35,763 nucleotides of DNA from Deltaproteobacteria bacterium TL4. GTDB taxonomy: Bacteria; SAR324; NAC60-12. Below are positions 10,835 to 18,180 of the stretch, in pieces. Each line of letters begins with the position of its first letter. Position 1 is the stretch's first letter. Made by a program: the position numbers and the translations under genes. Below the pieces are notes generated by a model that saw nothing but the letters and a program-made list of their open reading frames with translations, was not told the DNA's origin and made no database searches. The stretch covers positions 1 through 35,763 of the forward strand of contig JBBCAX010000054.1 of the NCBI GenBank assembly GCA_051382335.1, read 5' to 3'.

Positions 10835-11128
10835 TTGGGCGATATGGAACAAATAGATGTAACGGCTTAGCCTAAAAAGGGGAGTCCGCGAAATACGCAT
10901 AAAACACTAAAATTCTGTGTTTTGTGGACTGAGTAGTTACAAAATAGGGCTTTTGAAAGGAAAAAATAATCAATGAGGGGGGTGCAATATTCGACTGCCA
11001 CAGGGGTGCGCTTTTAGTCTGCCATAAGCAATCGGGAATGGTTCCATGAATGACGATTTCCAATGTCCGTTCTTGGCACACATCTGCCCCCTTTTTCCCA
11101 TTAATTTACAGAGACGACCTGCTTTTTA

Positions 11129-11650
11129 TTACGTTTTTTGAGTGAGTAATTCCTTGATCCGTGAAAGAGTCAGGCACGAAGCTTGAGCAATCTGTTCCTC
11201 AGAAAGCGTCCCCATTTTGAGGAGGTTAATGGCGATTTCTTCTCTTCCTTCTTTTATTCCTTCTTCTCTTCCTTCTTTTATTCCTTCTTCTCTTCCTTCA
11301 AGCTTTCCCATGCCATAAGAAGATTCCACCATACTTGCCTGATAATGCAAATCATCAACATAAGACTCATAAGTGGCTCGTTCCTCCTCAGAAAGTTTCA
11401 TAATATCCAATTTGTCTTTGGCTTCTTTGAGTCCCTTTGCCTGAAATTCTGTTTTGATTTCCTCGTGTTTCAAAAAATAAATCCATTCATCCAGGGGATC
11501 TTTCGCGTGATCATCAAACTGATTCACTTTGATCAAATAATATTCAGGATAAAGCTCACAGATCTTTTGTTTATGGTAAAGTTCCTTCTGACTCTCACTT
11601 AATTGAAGTTCATCGCTTTTATGAATTCCCTTAAACGTCGTGGTTCCCCT
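11129..11650 (-). pseudogene. 5'-truncated Rpn/PD-(D/E)XK nuclease-family (PDDEXK_2-like) gene, C-terminal half
   Basis: The frame reads upstream of the called ORF as GTTTFKGIHKSDELQLSESQKELYHKQKICELYPEYYLIKVNQFDD..LDEWIYFLK..EGREEGIKEGREE..IAINLL. No N-terminal catalytic region or proper start is present. Confidence 0.8.
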
Positions 11651-11687
11651 TTCACAAATTAGTATTTTGCGTCAAAATAATGGGTAG

Positions 11688-11763
11688 TATAGCTGTCAAG
11701 AAAAGTTTTGTCTTTTGGCCTGAGTTTTTCTTGGGACAGTGTCTTTCCTGAAGAAGTACTATA
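11688..11763. mobile_element. Short TATAG-ended MITE remnant without REP cargo
   Basis: Left end TATAGCTGTCAAGAAAAGTTT nearly equals the reverse complement of the right end of the 31261-31365 element. Right end CTTTCCTGAAGAAGTACTATA is degenerate. Confidence 0.5.
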
Positions 11764-11911
11764 ATATTAGTTAGATAGCAATAATTTTTGAAAATTTAAA
11801 AAAAGACTTTCCTCAGAGTTGATTTTTTGTTAGCAACTTGAAATCATTTCGGATTTTCCGCATAGATAGGGTATGGGGCACAGTTGAATTCATAAACAAA
11901 AATAAACGCCA

Positions 11912-12148
11912 ATGAAAAAACAAAAATATCCCAGGGGATTTTCACAGGAAACCGTGAATGCGCTGCTGAGGGGGCTGGTTCGTCCCTTTCCCGGCAAAGA
12001 GGATGAATTGGACTGGTTTTTTGCCGATGAAACCGAGGAACAGGAGATGGCGGAAAAACTGCGGCAAATTCTGAACGTGGAAGGAAAAACCTTCGCCGAA
12101 TTGAAGCAATTGTACCAAGAGCAGGAGTGGCAGGATGACACATTTTGA
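11912..12148 (+). CDS. Small acidic hypothetical protein
   Basis: 78 aa with natural codon usage. Overlaps the next start by 14 bp, suggesting translational coupling. Confidence 0.65.
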   Translation: MKKQKYPRGFSQETVNALLRGLVRPFPGKEDELDWFFADETEEQEMAEKLRQILNVEGKTFAELKQLYQEQEWQDDTF

Positions 12149-12929
12149 GCAAATTCAATCTCAGTACCAGCAGCGCAGAGAGCAGTTTCTGCAATGGAAG
12201 CAGGCACATCATCAGTTTGCCCTGCGGTTGCTCACGGCCATTCAGGATATGCTGCAATGCCCTCCCGATTCCCTGGAACCCGCACCGACTCAGGAAGCTG
12301 TTCAGTCCTGCCTGACTTTTGATGAGGAGGGTCTCTGGCATTTTCCGGTCTGCCTGATTGTGCAGGATGCCGAGTCACAGGCGATGGAGCGTCTTCAAAT
12401 CCCTTTGTCTTTTATCCAGCGAAAACCGGATTTTGAACTGTTTCTGGGCGAGCCTGCTGCGGGTACCCGATATTGGATTGACCCCAGTGGTGAAGAACTG
12501 GACCGGTTTCTGAAACAACTCCTGTACTGGCTTGAGCAGCAATACCGGGAACCCTTTGACTGGAGCGGACAAATCCAGCACTTCCGCCGATTTGATCAAC
12601 CCCATTCCGAACGGGTCCTGCAACCGGTCTTCTATTTTGCCTTTGAGGATCTGCCCCGGCTGGATACCCGGCAGATGCAGACCGTTCTGCACTCACTCAA
12701 GAATGAAACCATTGTCCTGGCCCTGAAAAACTGCAGTGATGGGGTCAAAACTCACTTCCTCAGCAGTATGTCCAAAAACGCGGCACGGATGCTTCAGGAA
12801 GACCTGGAGGTGATGGGACCCGTCAAGTTGAGTGATGTCGAAGCCGCTCAGCAGACCATTCTGCAAACCATTGCCAAAATGGAAGAAGAAGGGAAGATTG
12901 TAATCCCCCAGAGCCAGGGCTCCCCATAA
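12135..12929 (+). CDS. Unknown N-terminal domain fused to a FliG C-terminal-like domain
   Basis: C-terminal FAFEDLPRLD..LALKNCSD..FLSSMSKNAARMLQEDLEVMGPVKLSDVEAAQQTI..MEEEGKIVI matches FliG_C. The N-terminal ~160 aa are not FliG-like. Confidence 0.85.
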   Translation: MTHFEQIQSQYQQRREQFLQWKQAHHQFALRLLTAIQDMLQCPPDSLEPAPTQEAVQSCLTFDEEGLWHFPVCLIVQDAESQAMERLQIPLSFIQRKPDFELFLGEPAAGTRYWIDPSGEELDRFLKQLLYWLEQQYREPFDWSGQIQHFRRFDQPHSERVLQPVFYFAFEDLPRLDTRQMQTVLHSLKNETIVLALKNCSDGVKTHFLSSMSKNAARMLQEDLEVMGPVKLSDVEAAQQTILQTIAKMEEEGKIVIPQSQGSP

Positions 12930-13592
12930 ATCCTGACCCGTCGTTTTCCGAAACTGTATCCTCATCCTGTCATTCAAAATCTGGAGTGCGGAAACGATAT
13001 GGGGCTGTAACATTTGCTGTGAATTCGAGTCACCATAAACCTCCGCTCTCAGACACTCTGAAAAACTGCTGTTGTGGAGAGTTTGAAAGCAACTGAACAA
13101 ATCGTCCACAGGCAGCAGCATTTCCTGATGCAGCACTTCACAGACATGCACCTCTACCAGATACAGGCAGAACGTAATTCTGTTGTTCTGACAGGTGTAA
13201 CACAGGACGAGTTTAGCTTCTGGATTGCTGTCCTGAAGTGTGGCATACAGAGCCCTGGCTGAAAAATGGGACAGAAACCGGATCGGTCTCACTCCCGCAA
13301 GGGTGGCACACCGTTCAAGGTGTTTGCGTTGCAGAAGATTCAGTTGTGGCTCTACAGACAGGAGGGCATAGCGTTTGAGCATTTGCGCGTGACTCTGGAT
13401 GGCATGGAATGCGCTCTGGAGCCGTTGGGCTGTCTGCAGGGAATTCCCATAATTCAGATCCTGGGTATAATAAATATCCACTTCATGCACCTGGGTTGCA
13501 GTATGCACTGCAATCCGGACATGCTGCCTGTCCAGAAATATCGCCAAAGGAGCAATACTCCTTGCGGGAGATTTTGTTATAAATGATTTCAT
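12693..13592 (-). CDS. Degenerate Hsp70/actin-like ATPase-fold protein (possible pseudogene)
   Basis: ATLAGVRPIRFLSHFSARALYATL..LVLCY..ITFCLYLVEVHVCEVL parallels DnaK AGLxVxRIINEPTAAALAY..ILVYD..FDVSILEI..VFEVL. GGAGG RBS before ATG 13592. The 3' end runs 237 bp antisense into the FliG-C gene. Confidence 0.5.
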   Translation of the reverse strand: MKSFITKSPARSIAPLAIFLDRQHVRIAVHTATQVHEVDIYYTQDLNYGNSLQTAQRLQSAFHAIQSHAQMLKRYALLSVEPQLNLLQRKHLERCATLAGVRPIRFLSHFSARALYATLQDSNPEAKLVLCYTCQNNRITFCLYLVEVHVCEVLHQEMLLPVDDLFSCFQTLHNSSFSECLRAEVYGDSNSQQMLQPHIVSALQILNDRMRIQFRKTTGQDLWGALALGDYNLPFFFHFGNGLQNGLLSGFDITQLDGSHHLQVFLKHPCRVFGHTAEEVSFDPITAVFQGQDNGFILE

Positions 13593-13707
13593 CCTGGTGA
13601 CCTCCATATCCTGAAAACCAACCCCTACCAGCTTTCAACCCAGCTTTCAACTCGATATTCCAGTTTTTTTTTGGCTTTGAAAAATTGAATTTAAGAGTGT
13701 AAATTGG

Positions 13708-14319
13708 GTGCTGACAATCGCACTCTGGAACAATCGTCGTCCTGTTCTTCTCTGGTACTACAAAATGCGGTATCCCCATATTCACTATGACAATTCCGCT
13801 GAGTGCCTGCAAGAACTTCAGAAACTGAATCTGACCTGGAAACGGGTGGATGACTAGCATGAGGACAATGGCTGCGGTTACAGCAATGCGGTGAAATTCA
13901 GCGGGCTTCAGATTCAGCAGAACCATCCCCTGATATTAACTTGCAGGATGGTGCTCTCCCTCAACAGTTTTGAACAGGATGTCCTGCAACCCTTAGCCAG
14001 ACAGCATTTCGGGCAGGAACTGGACCGCATCCTCAATTTGGGTTCCTACAACTGCCGCAAACAGCGCCAAAGCCGGTTTGTGATGAGTCAGCACGCCTAT
14101 GCCAACGCCATTGATATCGGCGGGTTTCGCCTGCGGGATGGAACAGAAATCAGTGTCCTGAAACACTGGAACGGGTAGGACTCCAAATCCCGGTTCCTGC
14201 ACGAGGTCGCCCATCAGGCCTGTGAATATTTCAGCAAGGCCCTCAGTCCCAGTTATAACCGGGACCACCAGGACCACTTTCATTTTGACCAGAGTTTCTG
14301 GCCCGCCTGCCATGATTGA
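13708..14319 (+). pseudogene. Extensin-like C-terminal domain protein with two in-frame TAG codons
   Basis: One frame reads ECLQELQKLNLTWKRVDD*HEDNGCGYSNAV..GSYNCR..SQHAYANAIDIGGFRLRDGTEISVLKHWNG*DSKSRFLHEVAHQAC..LSPSYNRDHQDHFHFD. TAG at 13855 and 14176; final TGA at 14317-14319. The start is uncertain. Confidence 0.85.
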
Positions 14320-14392
14320 AAGCGTTGGCATGTTTCACGTAAATAAGGCTCTTTGAGAATTCCCGTGGTAATTTTTGAATAACGCATAAAAT

Positions 14393-14460
14393 GTAGGTTG
14401 GGTTGAGGAACGAAACCCAACAAAATCAGACACGTCGGGTTTTGCTTCGCTCTACCCGAC
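14393..14460. repeat. GTAG-type REP doublet, right arm interrupted
   Basis: GTAGGTTGGGTTGAGGAACGAAACCCAAC followed by the inverted arm GTCGGGTTTTGCTTCGCTCTACCCGAC, which is cut just before its terminal CTAC. Confidence 0.75.
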
Positions 14461-14609
14461 GGCTACTCACTTAAGCCGGGACAGCTATTCAAAGTAGGAT
14501 GTGTTAGCCGGTAGGCGTAACGCATCAATAAACCCGCCTCTGCCTGAGGCGTTACGCTCGCAAGCTCGCTAACACATCCTACCCTGTGTCCCGGCTTAAG
14601 TGAGTAGCC
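14461..14609. mobile_element. MITE with perfect 23-bp TIR carrying a REPIN
   Basis: GGCTACTCACTTAAGCCGGGACA / TGTCCCGGCTTAAGTGAGTAGCC. Cargo GTAGGATGTGTTAGC...GCTAACACATCCTAC. Confidence 0.9.
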
Positions 14610-14615
14610 CACTTT

Positions 14616-14753
14616 GGCTACGCATTTAAGACGGGACAACGTAGGTTGGGTAGAGCGTTAGCGAAACCCAACAAATCCTCGTAATACCAAGGATTGTTGG
14701 GTTTCGTTCCTCTACCCAACCTACCGACCTTGTCCCGCTTTAAGTGAGTAGCC
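14616..14753. mobile_element. Second MITE of the same TIR family carrying a different REPIN
   Basis: GGCTACGCATTTAAGACGGGACAA / TTGTCCCGCTTTAAGTGAGTAGCC. Cargo GTAGGTTGGGTAGAGCG...CTCTACCCAACCTAC (14641-14724). Confidence 0.85.
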
Positions 14754-14781
14754 TTGACCTGCATAGAACCTTCCTGTCTAC

Positions 14782-14935
14782 ACACCTAAAATCAGGCATG
14801 ATTTTAGACCTGATTTCCATACAATTTTAGACCTGATTTAGGCCTGATCCAGACACTTCTTGACTCCTACTACCATTAGACCTAAAATCAGGTCTAATTA
14901 GGTCTGAACTGCGTCAGACCTATGATTGACCTGTT
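14782..14935. repeat. Cluster of short AGACCT/AGGTCT motifs in direct and inverted orientation
   Basis: TTTTAGACCTGATTT x2, TAGACCTAAAATCAGGTCTA palindrome, ACACCTAAAATCAGG, TAGGTCTGA, TCAGACCTA. Confidence 0.65.
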
Positions 14936-14999
14936 CTGCTCATCAAAACCCTTTCAACTCCCTGTTTTTCCAAGGGTAAAAGGGTAAAAGCGCCAAGGG

Positions 15000-15131
15000 T
15001 TACAAACTGGAACACAGGCGGAAACCGAGGTCGTTGAGGCGATCGCCCGGCGAATTGATGCCGCGACCGACTGACCGCAAGCTGCCGCCGACGTTGAGGA
15101 AGCCGCCGCCACGAACCACACGGCCGGAGCC
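15000..15131 (-). other. Putative DGR variable region (VR)
   Basis: GGC TTC CTC AAC GTC GGC GGC AGC TTG CGG TCA GTC GGT CGC GGC ATC AAT TCG CCG GGC GAT CGC CTC AAC GAC CTC GGT TTC CGC. Variable positions are all NNC/NNT codons, as expected from AAC/AAT template codons. Confidence 0.65.
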
Positions 15132-16070
15132 TGAATTAGGCCCGCGAGGGTCACTGGAGGGGCTACTACCATAATAATCATCAGCATACCAGTCCTGCAC
15201 CCACTCCCATACATTACCGTGCATGTCATACAGTCCCCACTGGTTGGGAGACTTTTGCCCTACCGGATGCGTTTTAGCGCCTGAATTAGGACTATACCAG
15301 GCGTAATTGCCCAGACACGACTCGTTGTCTCCGCAGGACCATTGGGTGGTAGTGCCAGCCCGCGCCGCGTATTCCCACTCCGCTTCCGTGCACAACCTGT
15401 AACTCTTCCGGTTGTCCCGCTGGTTGAGCTTCTGGATAAATCCCTGCGCGTCTTCCCAGGATACCTGCTCCACCGGATGATTCCGTGAATCCACCCCCAC
15501 CTGCTCGGTTTTGTAATACGACGGATTGTTCCCCATCACCTTGTACCACTGCTCCTGCGTCACCTCATATTGTCCCATATAAAACCCTTTGGTAATGGTC
15601 ACCTTATGGGGTGGTTTTTCATCACTGGACTCATTGCTACCCATGGTGAACTCACCCGGAGGAATGGGAACAAATTTCATACCGATACTGTTGGTAAAAC
15701 CAGCAACCTGTTTGATCCATGCATTTCGGGCACATTCTAAAGATTCATCCTTACTTGTAAACGGATCATCCTTGCACCCCTGAGAGGAATCGTCGCCCCC
15801 CTCCAAAGCCAACACCACCTGAACAATCCCTCCAGAGGGCACGTTATATTCTTTTTCCGCTGATTGTTTTCCTTTCACAATCTTGATTTTGTATTTGCCC
15901 GGCCTGACGTTCAATACCAGCAATTCACTGGCTATTCCTTTTTTGTCTCCATTGACATACACAGCCACATCTTTGGGTGTGGTTTTTAATACCAGCATCC
16001 CATCTTCAGCAAAGGCGGATACACTCACAAATAACAGGAACAAACATCCAAGCAGTTTCTTCATTGTCAT
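15000..16070 (-). CDS. Secreted PEGA-like + FGE-sulfatase (CLec-fold) protein; putative DGR target
   Basis: Signal peptide, PEGA-like LVLKTTPKDVAVYVNG..PGKYKIKI, then FTNSIGMKFVPIPPGEFTMGS, YEVTQEQW, TEAEWEYAARAG, GLYDMHGNVWEW, RVVRGG..GFRL. Confidence 0.93.
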   Translation of the reverse strand: MTMKKLLGCLFLLFVSVSAFAEDGMLVLKTTPKDVAVYVNGDKKGIASELLVLNVRPGKYKIKIVKGKQSAEKEYNVPSGGIVQVVLALEGGDDSSQGCKDDPFTSKDESLECARNAWIKQVAGFTNSIGMKFVPIPPGEFTMGSNESSDEKPPHKVTITKGFYMGQYEVTQEQWYKVMGNNPSYYKTEQVGVDSRNHPVEQVSWEDAQGFIQKLNQRDNRKSYRLCTEAEWEYAARAGTTTQWSCGDNESCLGNYAWYSPNSGAKTHPVGQKSPNQWGLYDMHGNVWEWVQDWYADDYYGSSPSSDPRGPNSGSGRVVRGGGFLNVGGSLRSVGRGINSPGDRLNDLGFRLCSSL

Positions 16071-16097
16071 TCTCCTTAATTGATTTTGTTATTCATC

Positions 16098-16202
16098 TAT
16101 AGACTTTCAGATAAGTCTTTCCTGGGAACGCGGGCATCTTGCCCGCAAAAGCAGGCGGGACGCCTGCGCTCCCAGCCCAAAATACTTTTCTGAAACACTA
16201 TA
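16098..16202. mobile_element. TATAG-ended MITE carrying a GC-rich REP doublet
   Basis: TATAGACTTTCAGATAAGT / ACTTTTCTGAAACACTATA around CTGGGAACGCGGGCATCTTGCCCGC-AAAA-GCAGGCGGGACGCCTGCGCTCCCAG. An inverted homologue lies at 31261-31365. Confidence 0.85.
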
Positions 16203-16205
16203 TTT

Positions 16206-17420
16206 TCAGGGACACCCACTCCAGAAGGTGTATTTCCCTTTTTTTGAAAGCACTTCATTACATTCCAGTGCATGCCGCTGTTGTTTTTTGGACTGTTCCT
16301 GCGCCTGTGCAAACATTTGTTCCTGCTCACTACTGGCCCGACGAGACTCATCTTCGATACGACGGGTCTGATCCTGAATGGCATCGGCCAGACGACCTTT
16401 CTCAAAGCTCAAATCCGCTATCTGAGATGCCATATACTGAATGTCGCTACGGGTCCGTTGTCCCTGCTCTGAAATCACCTGGCGGGTTAATTCCGCCTCC
16501 CGCTGAATCGTCTGGACAATCCGTTGGCTTTCCTGCTGGTACAGAGTCTGCAACTTTCTGAAATTATCTCCGGTTTCTCTTTGAAAATTCAGAACTTCCC
16601 TGCGAAAAGCCAGAGTTTCCTCACGGTCCATCAATTCTGTAAACGCCTTGGTATCAAGGAACATCTCTTTTTGAAGCAAACTGTATTTGCGTTGTCCAAT
16701 CAGAAATTCCTTTTTTTGCTGAGTCTGCCGCATTTCATTGTATAACCTGCGGGCGACGGTTTCTTTCTGTTCCTGCTTACTGGTAAACAGTTTATTCAGG
16801 CTGATACCTTCAATTTCACGAATAACGGCCTTATATTCCACTTCTTCCGCTTTGGTATTAGCCTGTTCCAGATAGGAAGATCCTGGAAACGTGCGGATAT
16901 ATTCATCCAGAATGGAGGGATCCACCTTTTTGGCAGCGTGTTCCACGGCCCGATTGTAGGCTACACTGTAAACTCCATTCAAGGCATCCACGGCCTGCGG
17001 TGAATTGGGAAAATCCGTCAAGTACTCCTGATATCCCAGAATGGTATTCTCCTTTTTATACAACGCTAACAGAGAATCCAAAGCATCCATGGAATGGGAG
17101 CCGGCGGGTCTGGCTTTGACGAAACTCCGATATTTTGCTGTATTGTCTGAATTTTTAACGTCTTTCCAAGTCTGTTCATAAACCACATCCACATAAGTGG
17201 ATACAGGATATTTTCGCAGAAACTCAATACGGTAATAATATTCCTTTCTGTCCTGGACCAGTTTGAAAGCAATGGGTTCCGCAGTTTCAAAATCACCGGC
17301 AGCCTCCAGAGAAGCTACCGCACGTTCCAGGTCTACCGCATAGGCCGAGCCTGCACAGCCTCCCACCAGTCCCAGCAGCAGGATTCCCAGAATCCCGATC
17401 CACCATGCGTTTTGTTTCAT
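16206..17420 (-). CDS. Hypothetical lipoprotein with helical YxxFxxxYPxS-type repeats and a C-terminal coiled coil
   Basis: Lipobox VGG-C. Repeats EFLRKYPVS, SFVKARPAGS, EYLTDFPNS, EYIRTFPGSS. Q/E/R-rich tail. GAGGAGG RBS. Confidence 0.85.
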   Translation of the reverse strand: MKQNAWWIGILGILLLGLVGGCAGSAYAVDLERAVASLEAAGDFETAEPIAFKLVQDRKEYYYRIEFLRKYPVSTYVDVVYEQTWKDVKNSDNTAKYRSFVKARPAGSHSMDALDSLLALYKKENTILGYQEYLTDFPNSPQAVDALNGVYSVAYNRAVEHAAKKVDPSILDEYIRTFPGSSYLEQANTKAEEVEYKAVIREIEGISLNKLFTSKQEQKETVARRLYNEMRQTQQKKEFLIGQRKYSLLQKEMFLDTKAFTELMDREETLAFRREVLNFQRETGDNFRKLQTLYQQESQRIVQTIQREAELTRQVISEQGQRTRSDIQYMASQIADLSFEKGRLADAIQDQTRRIEDESRRASSEQEQMFAQAQEQSKKQQRHALECNEVLSKKGKYTFWSGCP

Positions 17421-17597
17421 TGTTCCTCCTCAACCCTGTTTTTCAATTCATTTAACTCATGATCCCATGAAAATGTGGTGTCATGACACCCTCAAAAAAA
17501 CGATTCCATCGTCTTTCAATCCCGATTGAAGTTCTGGAAATCTGTATAGGGACTCTATAACACAAAGCACGATCGAAATCCAACAAAAATGTTTATT

Positions 17598-17935
17598 TTA
17601 CGGGCTTCTTACCGTAAATGGTTGATTGGGACATCCTGGAAGACGAATTCTTAAGGATTTATGAAAACAGCAGTAATTGTAATCGACGAGATTAATCCAC
17701 AGCGTTCCGTCCAAAGCCTTGGAATTTTTACAATACCCCATCGTTTTCCGACACAAATAGAATACTCGGTCACGGAGCGTTAAGTTCAGACGTTCAATGA
17801 ATGATGTGTTTTGCGTACCTTTCGGAAAATCCGCCGCGGAACCACGTAGAAAAGATTTGGAAACAGTTTTCAAACGACGTTTGACGTATTGCTTGACGAT
17901 TTGCAAGTAAACGTAACGAATAGCTGTTTCAAAAC
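17598..17935 (-). pseudogene. IS1-family transposase C-terminal fragment
   Basis: YLQIVKQY..QNTSFIERLNLTLRDRV..RKTMGYCK..YNYCCFHKSLR resembles the IS1 DDE C-terminal region. The N-terminus is absent. Confidence 0.75.
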
Positions 17936-18180
17936 AGGAGTTTGGTTGCCTGTTCCTATTCTTTAAAACTTCCATGCTTGTGCCATCATTCGCTAATCGG
18001 ATCATTCGCTTCTTGATAATGCTGACAACTTTGGTGTGGACAAAATATATTTAATTCGGAGCACCTTTCAAAAACGATGAATAATACCAACAGGATCAGG
18101 AGCGCTGGACTGAGGAAATCCGGAAAGCACTCAAAGCGACTAGCCGCCTCCTCTTCCTGCTGTCAACTTACAATCTGTAT

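Noticed and set aside
10859..10940. Possible MITE GTAACGGCTTAG...CTGAGTAGTTAC after purA
   Set aside because: The inverted repeat and target duplication are too degenerate to support a call.
12135..12929. Calling this gene fliG
   Set aside because: It lacks the FliG N and middle domains and has no flagellar neighbours.
14393..14753. Possible CRISPR array or integron attC cassette array
   Set aside because: The repeats are inverted TIR pairs and REP arms, not regularly spaced direct repeats. There are no cassette ORFs and no integrase.
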